Shown here piece by piece: positions 49,476-63,534 of a stretch of DNA of 64,000 nt; the stretch's first letter is position 1; each line of letters starts with the position of its first letter. Source of the stretch: Squalus acanthias (taxonomy: Eukaryota); assembly GCA_030390025.1 (NCBI GenBank), contig JASTWF010000367.1, positions 372,001-436,000 of the forward strand, written 5' to 3'. The position numbers and the translations under genes were made by a program. The notes beneath the pieces were generated by a model. It did no database searches and was not told the DNA's origin. It saw only the letters and a list, made by a program, of their open reading frames with translations.

Positions 49476-51115
49476 ATCGAAAAAAAAATTCCTGCTGTAG
49501 CGAGCAGGAGTGACCTCCCGATGCAGCAGTGGGCTGCAACTCTGATATTTCGCTGATGTCACCTGTCATAGCATGGAAGGAGCCCATGGCAGAAATTGCA
49601 GGGCCATGGTGACCTGAATAGCCACAGGCAGTGCCGCGTATGCCCTGGTGCGAGGCTGGTGTTGTGGCTGCAACAGGTGACAGCCCACTTGAAATTAAGG
49701 CAGCAAAGACATTGCTCCCAGTGAAGCTACATAGAATAATGTACAGCACCACACAGCAATAACTATCAATTCAGGAGAAAAGGGCTGTGCTCCCATCTAA
49801 CCCTATCAGCATATCCTTCTATTCCCTTTTCTCTAATTTACATATCTAACTTCCTCTTTATATAGGAGAAATGCTCCCCGAATACCCACTCTGGGTATAG
49901 CCTTCTCGGTCGTGCCCTCTCCTGATCCACTTGTGGCAGCTGCACCTGTACTCATCGCTGGTACCACTTCTCCTTCAGTCCTAAAGGCAGTCCTGTGAAA
50001 GCACCCATGACCACAGTCAAACTATCTATGAGGCAGCCAATACAGCGAAACATCAGCAGCATTTTGCTCTCTTTAGACAAAGCGAGCTTTGCAGAGTGAT
50101 AAAACACAGCAGGAATCGCATAGAAGTTAACTAGCTGCGTGTGACCACACGTCAGTTACTAAAGTGTAATTTCCCCATGATTCCTTTCAATAGCGCTGGT
50201 GAGGACTCCTTCCTCCCGGTTTGCACCAGGTGTTGCTGGGCGGATTCAGCAAGTGTGAGATGCTGAGATGTAACAAAAGAGGAAAAGGGACCAACAGGAA
50301 GCGCGGGGCCCTCATTTAAGTAACATTGCCTGTCAAATTGTACTGCCGGGCACCCCCGTCATCACAGCGAAGCCCGAAACAATATCGCGGGCGGCGCACT
50401 TCAGGCTGGAAATGTGCCTGCGTCTCCTACCCGCCAATTTTACACAGTAGGTAGAAAAGCAGCTGAAAAGCCGGCAGTGAGCGATCCAATATCTAGGCCT
50501 ATGGCCAAGGAATACACTCACTGGTACATCATCCATTTGAATCAGCCAGGGGACGCCCAATAAGTTAATCTTCACTGCTGATTAATCGCTGTATTAGACC
50601 GACTGACCATTCGGGATTTGATGTTTTATCCGATCTGTGACGTACACTGGCTGCGAAGGCATTTCGCATGAACAGCTGGATAAACTACTGAAGCAGCGAA
50701 AACATCTGCAAATTTACAGATAATCCCAAACTTGGTGCAAATTGTAACTTCATCACACACTTGTGAATGACACATTTCAGGATCAATGACTAGTGAAAAT
50801 GAAGTTGAATTCTGTTTGCCCACTCCTGAAATTTTCATTCCCCAGATTCAAGAAATCTCTAAACCAATGGTCAAAGTTAAAGCCTCTGATAATCAGAACC
50901 GAAATAATCTGTTTGAAAGCTTCAAACCCAACACCTACCTTTCAGCTGACTGGGAACTTCGGATAAACATTCTGTGGCTTTCATGTTATCAAATGGATCA
51001 GCGCCTGTGTAAATCAATACATTTTGATAAAATCAGTTCTCTGCATTATTTTAGTAAAAATGTAATTTTAAATCTGGAACTGTCTGCAATGTGTGTGTGT
51101 TCGATTATACGGTAC

Positions 51116-54100
51116 CGTGCTGCTGTATTTCTTTCAGTATTTTGTCCAACTTTGGTACCACATGGTGCATTTTCACAAAGGATTCCCACATCACCCTTCG
51201 GGCCCGAAAGCCTTTCTCCATCACCAGATTTAGGAGAAGTTTGGAACTGTCCGCCCGGTTTCCCTGCTCTGCCAGATCAGTGATTTTCTGTAAAGAATAA
51301 TAATGAATTTATTGATGAGCGGAGTGAAGGGACTGCAGCCATAATGAACTGGGAGAGATTTTCCTCTTATTGTGCTTGGGCGAGAGGACTGCCTGGGTGG
51401 AGCAGGAAGAGGAAAACAAGGTGTTGGTTTCCTGCCGGTAACGCAGCCTGCCTGCTTTCGGTCCCGTACATTCTCAAAATAATCCCTCCCACCCCACCCC
51501 CCCCCCCCCCCCACACACACACACACACACCTGGCTATGGTTCAACTGTGCGTTGTTTTCTTTCAAATATCTGTAATTAAACTCGGAAGGATTTGGAGAA
51601 TCACCGACCATCCTCAACAATTTCAACGCTAAACCTTTATTAAGCAATGGTTAGGCCTCAGCTGGAGTATGGTATCTAATTCTCGGCACCACACGTTATA
51701 GGCTGTCCAGGCCATAGACAGGGTGCAGAGGAGATTTACTAGAATAGTGCCTGGGGAGTTGGACTTCAGTTACATGGATTGATGGAACTGTTCTGTGGAC
51801 AGTCTGTTTGACGCCTCGCTCTCGGTTTATAATTAGGGAGAATTTCAGCAATTCTTTGGTATCCCGTGCTGAAAACTTGCCTGGATTGGTTAGTATTCAA
51901 AGACTTGAAGGATGTACTATTACTAGATCGGAAACGTTAGGACTGTTCTCCTTGGAACAGATATGGCAGAAATGACGTACGAGGAGAGAATGGGTCGATT
52001 AGGCTTATACTCGCTGGAGTTTAGAAGAATGAGTGGGGATCTCATTGAAACTTATAAAATTCTAACAGGTCTAGAAAGACTAGATGCAGGAAGGATGTTC
52101 CCGATGGCCGAGGAGTCCAGAACCAGGGGTCACAGTCTAAGGATAAGGGGTAAGCCATTTAGGACTGAGATGAGGAGGAATTTCTTCACCCAGAGAGTGG
52201 TGAACCTATGGAATTCTCTACCACAGAAGGCAGTAGAGGCCAATTCATTAAATATATTCAAGAAGGAGTTAGATATATTTCTTAAAGCTGAAGGGATCAA
52301 GGGATATGGAGAGAAGGCAGGGACAGGGTACTGAATTTGGATGATCAGCCATGATCTCATCGAATGGCGGAGCAGGCTCGAGATGAGGAATGGCCTACTC
52401 CTGCTCCTATCTTCTATGGTTCTATGAGAAGGTTGACAGGTGACCTAATAGAGGTTTTCAAGATAAGACGTTTTGATATAGACAGAGAGAAACTATTCCC
52501 TCTGGCTAGTGGGTCAATAACCAGAGGTCATAGATTTAAAATCATTGGCAAAAGATCTAATGGGGAGAGGGGAGATTTAATCCCCACAGAGAGCGGTCGG
52601 GACCTGGAACACAACCTCCACGGTCTATAAATTGTCTGACTGCGTCTCCGACATCCAGTGATGGAGGAGCAGAAATGTTCTCCAATTAAATATTGGGAAG
52701 ACCAAAGCCATTGTATTCAATCACTGCCCAAGTTCCGTTCCCTAGGCACTGACTCCATCCCTCTCCCTAGCATCTCTCTGAGCCTGAATCACACTGTTCG
52801 CAACCTTGGTGTGATATGTGACACTGAATTGAGCTGCCAACCACATTCCCGTGGAATAAATAAAACCATCCACTTCCACCTCCGTAACATCGCCCGCCAC
52901 CGCCCTTGCCTCAGCTCATCCACTACTGAAACCCTCATCCATGCCTTTGTTACCTCTAGGCTTCACTGTTCCAACGCACTCCTGGCTGGCCTCCCACATT
53001 CTACCTTAAGTAAGCTTGAGGTCATCCAAAACTCGGCTGCCCGTGTCCTAACTCGCACCAAGTCCAGTTTGCCTATCACCCCTGTGCTCGCTGACCTGCA
53101 GTGGCTCCCGGTTAAGCAGCGCCTCGATTTCAAAATTGTCGTCCTTGTTTTCAAATCCTTCCAAGGTCTCGCCCCTCCCTGTCTCTGTAATCTCCTCCAG
53201 CCCACAAACCCCACCTCTGAGATAACTGCGCTCCTCTAATTCTGCCCTCTTGAGCATCGCTGATTATAATCGCTCAAACATTAGTGGCCGTGCCTTCAGC
53301 TTCCTAGGCCCTCAGCTCTGGCATTCCATCTCCGAATCTCTACCTCTCTTTCCTTCCAAAAGACACTCCTTAAAACCTACCTCTTTCAACAATCTTTTAG
53401 TCACCTGCCCTCATTTCTCCTTATGTGGCTCGGTGTCAAATTTTGTTTCTTATGGGAACGGTAGCTTCGTGGCTACTGTTACTGAGCTAGTAATCCCGAG
53501 GCCTGGACTAATGAACCAGAGAGATGAATTAAAATCCCACCAAGGGGAATTTAAATTCAGTTAATTAAATAAATCTGGATTAAAAAGCTAGTACGAAACT
53601 ATCGGATTGTCATTAAAAAAATCTGGTTCACTAATGTCTTTTAGGGAAATAAATCTGCCATCCTTACTTAGTCGGGCCTATATGTGACTCCAGCATAGTG
53701 GATGACTCTTAACTGTTCTCTGAAATGGCCGAGCAAGCCACACAGTTGTAAAAAAAACCGCTACGAAAACCAGTAAGAATAAAACTGGACGGACCAACCG
53801 GCACACGCTACGGAAACGACAGCGGCACACACGGCCCAGTCGACCCTGCCAAAATTGGGTAGAGCTGTCCCACAGCCTGGTCAAGCAACATCCTGATAAA
53901 GTCGTACTCACAGTCGTAATATTTTTCAGACAATGTCCCAAACTCCTCCATCAACATCCCTGGGTACGTCCTGTCCCACCGGCAAGATAGACCCACCAGG
54001 GGTGGCGGCACAGAGGTATACAGTCGGGAAGGAGTGGCCCTGGGAGTCCTCAACATTGACTCCGGATCCCATTGAAGTATAGAAGCATCATTAGCTTGAA

Positions 54101-54826
54101 CATCGTGAGAATATTCATAAAACCAACAAGTTGATTTATCTCATGTGTCTTAATTAATATAATTTGGATCAATCTATTTGATTGATCCAACACTCCCCAC
54201 ACATTATTTGGTTCCAATACTCGTTCACTGGTTTAGCATTTTATAAAAAAATCTCTTTCATTTACCCCGCAGATAATTATCCTCTCACAGTTCCTCGATT
54301 TACTTTCAATAGTTTATCAGGCACTCAACTCATGAAATTCCCTCCAACCTCTGTCTGTCGTTTCTCATCTTTCTTTTATCCCAGTGCTACTACAATTCTT
54401 GGTTCCCTTTGACTTCAGCCCACCAAGGGTTATATCGTACCCGTTCCCCTGTCCTTTCTTTGTGCAGAGACTGATGGATCTGCTGGGTATCTTCACATTT
54501 GTGTTGTTATTTCAGATTCACAACATCAACAGTTGTAACCCTTTCTTTCCTAGTTGGCCTGTTTCTCTTCGGTAACATTCTATGGTTCTGAAATCTGTTA
54601 TCCTGTCAGGTCTGTGATGTTTGAATAATCCAAGTTCATTCAGCGACCCTCCCAATTACCCGATGTTCTTGTCCACTGAAATGCCTCTCGTATGTTAACA
54701 ACGAGCTGACTCCGTCCACCCCTCCTTCAACAGCCTCTTCTATTCTGTCGCGGTAGAATTTCGTCAACTGGAACAGCTGGTAATCGTCGCACTTTGTCAA
54801 GAGCTCAGTGATTCTAGTGTTCGGAT
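51116..54826 (-). CDS. CARD module 2 (exons 54826-54660, 51287-51116)
   Basis: DPNTRITELLTKCDDYQLFQLTKFYRDRIEEAV... plus KITDLAEQGNRADSSKLLLNLVMEKGFRARRVMWESFVKM; death-fold/CARD pattern; both exons open. Confidence 0.75.
51960..52425 (+). mobile_element. Young CR1 3' end with tail, nested in an older CR1 fragment (51640-52600)
   Basis: GLYSLEFRRMSGDLIETYKIL...; tail ttctatggttctatg. Confidence 0.88.
52625..53450 (+). mobile_element. L2 LINE 3' portion
   Basis: VRNLGVI, LIHAFVTSRL, LQWLPVKQRLDFKI. Confidence 0.9.
53460..53750 (+). mobile_element. SINE-like element
   Basis: Degenerate tRNA-like head and core ctggttcactaatgtc..tagggaa..aaatctgcc recalled from shark SINEs; family not verified. 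Confidence 0.5.
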
Positions 54827-56253
54827 CTGTGAAAAAAACATGGAGATACTAAACACCTTATCCACTTTCTATCCGGGCTGCAACATTTCCTCTTATACCA
54901 AACGGCTGAAACCTCCTGTGAGCCACATTATCAAACACCTTGTGAAAACCCATATACACCGTATGTGCTACATCCCATCGATCTATAGACTCAATTCATA
55001 ACAAAAATTTGCAAATATGTCAAACATGATTTGCCTGCAGCTAATTCGTTCCAACCTCCCCTTATCATCCCTGTATCTCAACGTTCATTAATCCAACCTT
55101 AAGTTACGGATTCGAGGAGTCTGCATATAACTGAGGTAGACGAATTGGTCTAGTTGCCCGATTTAACCTCTCTCTTCCATTCTTCAACAGGGTCGTTCCT
55201 TGCGCTCCTTCAAAGCTCTCTTTAGACAGAGCGAGCTTTGCAGAGTGATAAAACACAGCAAGAAACGCATAGAACATAACCAGCTGCCTGTGACCACAGT
55301 CAGTTACTAAACTGTAAGTTCCGCACTTTCCCTTCAATAACGCTGGTGAGCGCTCCTTCCTGCTGGTTTGCGCCAGGTGTTGTTGGGCGAGCGCAGCACG
55401 TGGTGTGCGATTTTGCGGCGTACCAAAAACGGAAAGGGTCCAGCAGGAAGTGAAGGACCGTGATTTAAATAACTTATTCACTATTAAATTATACTGGCGT
55501 GCCCGCCCAACACCAGAACTTCGCCCGCTCTAATATCGCGGCAAGCGCACTCCTGGCTGGAAATGTGCATACCCTTCCTGCCCACCATATTAGACGCAGT
55601 CGGCCGATAAGCGGCGAAAAATGGGCAATGCATGACCGAATATCTGGGCCTATCACTAAGCACTACACTCACTGGTACATCATCCATTGAGTCATCCAGG
55701 GAAGCCCCAATAAATACATTCTGTCTGCTGTATAATCGCTGTATTAAACCGCCTGCCCACTGGGAGTTTGATGTTTTATTCCGGTCTGTGAATTTCACTA
55801 ACAGCAGAGGCAGCATGAAGAGCTGGATAAACTACTGGAGTAATGGCAACATCTGCATATTTACAGATAATCCCAAACCTGGTGTGAATTGTAACATCAT
55901 CCACACATTTCAAACACACATTTCAGTATCAGTGAGAAGTGAAAATGAAGTTGAATTCTGTTTGCCCAGATTTTGAACTATTCATTTTCAGATTCTAGAA
56001 ATCTCTAAACCAATGGTCAAAGTTAAAGCCTCTGATAATCAGAACGGAGATAATCTGTTTGAAATCTTCACCCCATCACTTACCTTTCAGCTGACTGGGA
56101 ACTTCGGATAAACACTCTGTGGTTTTCAAGTTATCAAATGGTTGGGAACCTGTTTAAATAAATTAGTATTCATGACAGCAAATCTGTGCACTACTTTAGT
56201 AAAATATGTAATTTTAGATGTGAAATTGAATTCAGTGGGTAATTTTACCGCAC

Positions 56254-58713
56254 CAAGTTCCTGTATTTCTTTCAGTATTTTGTCCAGCTTTGGAACCCCA
56301 TGGCGCATTTTCACAAAGGATTCCCACATCCCCCTTAGGGCCCGAGAGCCTTTGTCCATCACCAGATTTAGGAGAAGTTTGGAACTGTCCGCCCGGTTTC
56401 CCTGCTCCATGAGCTCAGTGACTTTCTGTAGAGAACAATAATGAATATATTGATGAGCGGTGCGACGGTCCTGCAGTGAAAATGAACTGGGGCAGATTGC
56501 ACTCTTACAACACTTGGGCGAGAGGACTGCCTGGGTGGATGAGGAGGTGGAAAACAAGGCGGTGTGGATTTCGCGCTGGTAACAGAGCCTGCCTTCAGTT
56601 CTGTGCACTCTCAGAATAGCCCCCACCCCTCCCACACCTGGCTCTGGCACAACGGTGCGCTGTTTTATTTCAAATATCTATCACTAAGTTCAGAACAATG
56701 TGTAGAATCACCGACCATCCTCAGCAATTTGAACACAGATACTTTGCTTGTTGCTGCTGAGTACAGCCTAACACTGACTCTGCAACAGGAGGGAAAATCG
56801 GGCGCGATGTAAAATCGGAGCTGATTCGCTATGAGCCCATTTCACGATACTGGCGAAGATCAATATCACTCCATATTCGGCCAGTTTATTGAGTTCATTG
56901 CTGCTGATTCCGTTCAAAACAGGATCAGGGTATTTAACTGACTTTAAGTGAATATTCGTTACCAGTTGGTTAAACTTTTCACACTAACTTCGTTAGTTTG
57001 TTTGAAATGGATCATAGATGGTATTCCCTCCCGATGAATGATGCTGGTCAGCAGAATATTTGCGGAACCAGATATTAATATCCGCAGACAAGAATTTTAT
57101 TGCTTCACTGAAATTGCAGCTACTCTGAGGTGGCTCGAGACAAATTCTTCCAATACTCCTTGGAATTGTGACTGGTGTCAGCAGAGTGGAGAGTTGCAAA
57201 TGTTACACCCCGTTCATAAATGGGAGAGGATAAAACCCAGCAACTACAGGCCAGTCAGCCTAACGTCGATAGTGGAGAAACTTTTAGACACAATAATCCA
57301 GGACAAAATATTCTCTTGGAAAATCATGGGTTAATAAATTGCAGCCAGCATGGATTTATTAAAGTGATATCCAAAAATGTGTGGGTTAGGTTGATTTGGC
57401 TATGATAAATTGACCCTTAGTGTTAGGGGGGATTAAATATGTGGGGTTATGGGGATAGGATGGGATATGTTAGGGGGAATTAAATACGTGGGGTTGCGGG
57501 GGTAGGGTGGGATGTGTGTGCTGTGGGGATTAGGGCAGGGACAGGGTACTGGATTTGGATGATCAGCCATGATCGTATTGAATGGCGGAGCAGGCTCGAC
57601 GGGCCGAATGGCCTACTCCTGCTCCTAGATTCTATGTTTCTATGTTTCTATGATATCCTGGATGATTAGATTGATTGAGTTGTTTAATGAATTAACGGTT
57701 GACAAGGGTAGTGCGGTTGACGTTGTGTATATGGTCTTTCCAAAAGCGTTTGAACAAGTACCACGTAATAGACATGTTAGCAAATTTGTAGCCCATGGGA
57801 TTAAATGGGCACTGGCAGCGTTGATAGAACATTGTCGAAGGGAAAGGAAACAGAGAGCAGTTGTGAACGCCTGTTTTTCAGACTAGAGGAAGGAGTGCAG
57901 TGGTGTCCCACAGGGCTCAGTATTAGGACGACTGCTCTTTTCGATATATGTTAATGACATTCACTTGGGTATACAGAGCATAATTTTAAAAATTGCAGAT
58001 TGCACGAAACTCAGAAAGGTAATAAATAAATAATCAATATAATTTGGTTCATTCTATTCGGTTGAACCAACACTCCCCACAGGTTGTTTGGGGCTGTTTG
58101 GGTCCAATACTTGTTCACTGGTTTAGCATTTTATAAAAATATCATTCCTTTACCACACAGATGATTTTTTAAATCATCTCACAGTTCCTCAATTTACTTT
58201 AAATAGTTTGTTCGACACTGAACTCATGACCTTCCCAAAAACTCCGGCTAGTTGCCATTTGTCTCTCTTTGAGAGAACCTGCTAAAATTCTTGGTTCCCT
58301 TTGAATTCAGCACACAATGCATTATATCGTACCCGTTACCCTCTCCTTTGTACAGAGACTGATGGATCCGGTGGTTTTTTCACATTTGTGGTTTTTTTCA
58401 GATTTAAAGCAGGGAAAGCTTTAAACCTTTCTTTCCTATTAGGCCTGTTTTTCTTCTGTAAACATTCTCTGATTCTAAGATCTGATTTCCTGTCAGTTCA
58501 GTGATGTTTAAATAATACAAACTCATTCTGTTTCCCTCCCACTCACCCGATGTTCTTTTCCACTGAAATGCCTCTCGTCTGTTAACAACGAGCTGAGTCC
58601 GTCCACCCCTCCTTCAATCGCCTGCTCCAGTCTGTCCCGGTAGAATTTCGACAACTGGAACAGTTGGTAATCGTTGCACTCTGTCAAGAACTGAGTGATT
58701 GTAGAATTCGGAT
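56254..58713 (-). CDS. CARD module 1 (exons 58713-58547, 56425-56254)
   Basis: DPNSTITQFLTECNDYQLFQLSKFYRDRLEQAI... plus KVTELMEQGNRADSSKLLLNLVMDKGSRALRGMWESFVKM. Confidence 0.75.
57170..58020 (+). mobile_element. CR1 RT fragment with nested SINE/CR1-tail insertion (57375-57652)
   Basis: PSNYRPVSLTSIVEKLL, VDVVYMVFPKAF; insert ends in (ttctatgt)n. Confidence 0.8.
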
Positions 58714-59569
58714 CTGTGAACACACATGGAGAAAACTAAACCCATTATTCACTATTTTTCCAAGCTGCTACATTGCCTTATACCAAACAGCTGAAGTCTC
58801 CTGTGAGCCGCATTATCACACACCTTCTTAAACCACATATACACCGCAGATGCTGCATCCCATCGATCTATACAGTCCATTCTTTAAAAAAAAAACATGC
58901 ACATTTATCAGACACATCTTGCCTACAGTTAGTCGGTTCCAGACTCCCCTGATCATCCCCTGTATCTCAACATTGACTAATTCAACCTTAAATTCCGGAC
59001 TCGAGCATTCTGCCCATAACTGCCGTAGACTGTTCTAGTTACCCGCTTTATCCTCTCTCCTCCATTGTTGCACAGAGACGTTACTTGGGCTCCTTCAGTG
59101 CTCCAGTCTATTGTTTGTATCTAAAACGGATTGAACAATTGTGGAGAGTCTGTCCTCCCTCCTCTGTGATTTGTTTTAACAGCCTGGAGTGTGTTATCTC
59201 TGGGCCCAGTCACTTATCAACCTTGACGTTTTTTTCAGCTCCAAATCCTTCCCTACATTTAACTCCAACTATGATCCCACATCCTCCTCTAGTCCACCTT
59301 CTCGCACTAACACCATCATTTTTAGAAACTATTGGAAATGTTTGATACCTCCTCAAAACGTCATCCTCCACAACTAGATTCTCCCTTCATCCCCAGTGAT
59401 AGAACCTTGAATTATTGCTTTACTTTTCATAAACCCTGACTTTTTATATTATCCGCCGGCCTTGAACCTAATTCCCTTTTAACCACCCCAGCCCCACCCT
59501 ACAGCCAGAGATCACCACCGTGATGCTTTGTTTTACATTCCATTGCCTGACTTTAAATTCCCTCAAACC

Positions 59570-60430
59570 AGGCCAGCGTCCTAGACTCAACTATTCCCAG
59601 CTGCTTCATCAGTGACCTTCGCTCCATCATAAGGTTAGAAGTGGGGCTGCTCGCTGATGGTTGCAGTGTGTTCGGCTCCATTCGCAATTCCTCCAATGAT
59701 GAAGCAGTCCATGCCCGCAAACAACAGTATATTATCCTGTTTTGGCCTGATATGTGGAAATAATATTCGCACCACACAAGTACAAGCAATGACCATCTCC
59801 TACAAAATATAGCACAGCCATATGCCATGACGGTGAATGACATTACCATCACCAATTCCCTCACATCAACCAAAATAGAACTGGACCAACCATATAAATC
59901 CCCCGTGTCTACAGGAGCAGGTCAGGTGCTGAGTATTCTGTGGCGAGTGGCTCACCTCGTGACTCCCAAATTCTCCCCCATGCTCAACACCATCGAGGAC
60001 AAAGCATTATGCTTGATCAGCTCACCATCCATTGGGTTAAACATTGACTCCCTCCACCATTGGCTTACCGTGGTTGCAGATTGCTGTCTACAGGATGCAT
60101 TCAAGTAAGTCGGCAAGACATCTTCGACAGAACCTCCCATACCCACGACATCCACCACCTAGAAGGACAAGGGCACCAGGTGCGTGGGAACACCTTCGCC
60201 TCCACGTTCTCCTGAAAGTCACATACAACCCTAATTTGGACATATATCGCAACTCCTTCATTGTCGCTGCATCAGAACCTTGGAACTCCCTACCTAACAG
60301 CTCTGTGGGAGCACCGTCACCACATGGAGATCAGCGATTCTAGAAGGTGGACCACCATCACCTATTGAAAGGCAACTTGCTGTGGGCAATCAATGCTGGA
60401 TTTGCCAGAGACACACAGGTCCCGAAAATT
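59570..60430 (+). mobile_element. Old LINE RT 3' fragment
   Basis: Diverged homologue of 48690-49475. Confidence 0.75.
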
Positions 60431-62024
60431 ATTTTCCAAAAAACATATTTCTAGTTGTGTTTTTGGTTTTGACCTGGACAATTTTCTGCTCTTCTTGCCT
60501 TCAGACAAAAGTTACCCGGAAGTTCCAAGATGTTCTTCCCTCTGGCAGCAGATATCTCTATCGTTCTCCTCTGACCCTCGCCCCACTCGGGGTGGCCTCA
60601 TGCTACTGGAGTCAAACTGCTGCTCAGGAAGTCCCACCTCTGAGTCACTGTCTCTATCCACCATACAGACCACAATACCGAGTATCTATTGGACAATTCC
60701 AGTACTCAGAGACTCCCTCCACCTCTGACTGTGATTCCCCTCTAGAGGATTACTCACTTCCCTCTTTCTACTCAGTCCCTGTTCTGTTCCCTCTTCCTGT
60801 GTGAGCTGGAGGTTCTTGCACGAGATCTGGACCCTTTGTCAGGTCAGAAATTATATTGCAAATAATATTGTGTGTTCTCACCTGTGTCCATTCTCATTCT
60901 TGTTGAAGATGTTGGATCTTCTCTCCTGTTTGGACCTTCAGCCATGGCGGTGACAGGCGTTCCCAGATTATGATGCTCTGTAATAAATATAATATTAATA
61001 GGAGGGTTAGATGGAAATATTAAAGTGAAGGAGAGCGTTGCCTTGTTAAATATGATCCCAAGTCCCTCCTCCCCAATCAGTACAACAGCTGGTAGCTCTG
61101 GGATCGAGCATTTCCCGAGTGTTACGATCAACATCAGGTGTGACACAGACCGCTGCCCAGTGAAATCCAGTGATCTCCAGAACCGAGTTCCAGACGGGCT
61201 CCCGTCGGCCGAGACTTCCGTACTGGCAGCGCCCATTGTGAGATTTACTCATACAGTGCAGACCAAACCAGCCTTATTCCTGAGCTGGAGAATATTCTGC
61301 AGGGAAATATGGAGCGGGTGATCATTGATGAATTAAATGATCCTTCACTCAGTTTTACACAGTCTGGTGATATTCTATTTTTTATTCGCATATTTGTACT
61401 TCTTAATTTTGATTCGAGTTTTGATATTAAATGCTGGTACTTTATGAATATGATATCTATCCACATGCACAATATATAGCTGGGTCTGATTCCTCTGGTC
61501 TTTATGGGCAGTGACATTGTCCGTGTGTTCATGGAGATGTGTCTTGGTTAGTGCTTCTATTTGAATATATCGACCATATCTCTCATGGTGTCAGCACCTG
61601 ACTAATGAGAACTGTAGGAGGTGAGGACATTTACTGCTGTTCCACTTACATTAACACTAATGTGTAATGTTGTGAATCATGTAACTTTATTCAGTGAAGT
61701 AATGTGTGGAATATTTTCACAGGTCTTTTCAATCTCAGAAATGGCCATGAATATACAAGTGGAAGATTTGCCTGCTGTTTTACAGTGAATATTCTCCACT
61801 TGTGCGCGTGTCTCGCTGTGTGTGCCCTCGCACGGGCGACCAATCAAACTCTCAGTCAGCGTCCTTTCCTTTCCCCACTGGGGAAATGTAAAAGTGATTC
61901 AGTCTCGGATCAGTAATTTCTACAAACTATAGTTGAAGTTACTCTCCGGCATTAAATTATAACCAGGTTTGAGACCTTGTAAGATTCAGTTATCTGCTGT
62001 GTCACTCACGCTGACACTGGTACA

Positions 62025-62470
62025 ACAAACACACAGCAGCAACGACTTGCATTTCCATTGATACGCATCGCAAGGTACTTCACAGAAGCCAAGTACGACA
62101 AAAGATGGGCTCAGACTAAAGGAGGTAGAAGGAGGCGTGGTCAGAATGTTGGTCACAGCAGTGAGTTTCGGAGGGTTCTAAAGGAGGAGGGAGCTGGAGA
62201 GGTTTAGGTGGGGAATTGATGAGCATTGAGCCGGACAGCCGAAGGCACAGCCTCCATAGATGGGGGGAGAAGAGGGCAGAGTCGCAGGAATAGAGAGACC
62301 TTGGTGGTGGGGATTGTATGGCTGGAGGACGTTACAGAGACAGGAAGGGACATGACCATGAAGGGATTTAAACGACCATAGGTATAATAATTTGGACATG
62401 CTGGAGGACCGGGAGCCAATGTACGTATATAAGGACAGGAATGATCGGTGAGCAGGGATTTGATGCACTT
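62025..62470 (-). mobile_element. L2 LINE 3' tail
   Basis: FKSLHGHVPSCLCNVLQPY; homologous to 4530-4980. Confidence 0.7.
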
Positions 62471-62482
62471 TGACATACCAAT

Positions 62483-63525
62483 GCCCAGCCCCACACCCCA
62501 CTGACCCAGGCACGCACCCCACTGACCCAGCCCCACACCCCACCATCCCAGCTTCACATTCCACTGACCCAGCCCCACACCCCACTGACCCGGCTACGCA
62601 CACCACTAACCCAGCCCCGGATCGCACTTACCCAGCCCCTCACCACACTGTCCCAGCCCCGCACCGCACTGACCCAGCCCCACACTTCACTGATCCGGCG
62701 TCACACCGCACTGAACCAGCCCCTCATTCCTCTGACACAGCCCTTCACCCCACTGACGCAGCCCCACACCCCACTGAACCAGCCCCTCACCCCACTGACC
62801 CTGCCCCACACCCCACTTACACAGCCTCTCACCCCACTGACCCAGCCCCGCACCGCACAGACCCAGCCCCTCACTCCACTGACCCAGCCCCGCACCGCAC
62901 AGACCCAGCCCCTCACTCCACTGACCCAGCCCCGCACCGCACAGACCCAGCCCCTCACTCCACTGACTCATCCCCGCACCGCACTGACGCAGCCCCACAC
63001 CCCACAGACCCAGCCCCGCACACCACTGACCCAGCCCCGCACAAAACTGACCCAGACCCGCACTCCACTCAGCAGCCCCGCACACCACTGACCCAGCCAC
63101 ACGTTCCACTGACCCAGCCCCACACCCCACTGACCCAGCTCCGCACCGCACTAACCCAGCCCCATACCCGACTGATCCGGCAACACACCGTACTGACCCA
63201 GCCCCACACCCCACTATCCGAGCTCCACATTCCACTGACCCAGCTGCACACCCCACTGACCCAGCCCCTCACCCCACTGACCCAGCCCCACACCCCACTG
63301 GCCCAGCCCCACAGACCGCTGACCAAGCATCACACTCCACTGACCCAGTCCCACACCAAACTGACCCAGCCCCACACCAAACTGACCCAGCTACACACCC
63401 CAATGACCCAGCCCCTCACCCCACTGACGCAGCCCCACACCACACTGAACCAGCCCCACACCACACTGACCTCGCCCCTCACAACACTGACCCAGCCCCA
63501 CACTCCACTGACCCAGCCCCACACT
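62483..63525. repeat. 21-bp C-rich/G-rich minisatellite (cactgacccagccccacaccc), ~49 copies
   Basis: Direct tandem periodicity. Confidence 0.95.
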
Positions 63526-63534
63526 ACATAGAAT

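Larger units (their letters stand above)
40075..60945 (-). pseudogene. NLR gene, CARD-CARD-NACHT-LRR architecture, NACHT exon disrupted
   Basis: Phase-compatible GT-AG exons: 60945-60882, 58713-58547, 56425-56254, 54826-54660, 51287-51116, 45339-43578, 41877-41791, 41438-41268, 41124-40954, 40812-40642, 40501-40334, 40161-40075 (TGA). Joining them into one gene is inference. Confidence 0.8.

Noticed and set aside
40075..60945. True NOD2 or NLRP3 orthologue
   Set aside because: The two CARDs come from a local duplication with homologous introns and there is no PYD; orthology cannot be shown, so no gene symbol is given.
60844..61321. ORFs of 68-130 aa upstream of the NLR start
   Set aside because: No domain signal; only MAEGPNRREDPTSSTRMRMDT has a good start context and a phase-compatible donor.
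62470..63531. 353-aa Pro/His/Thr-rich ORF
   Set aside because: Translation of a 21-bp minisatellite; switches repeat frame midway, begins in an L2 fragment, no ATG start or splice support.
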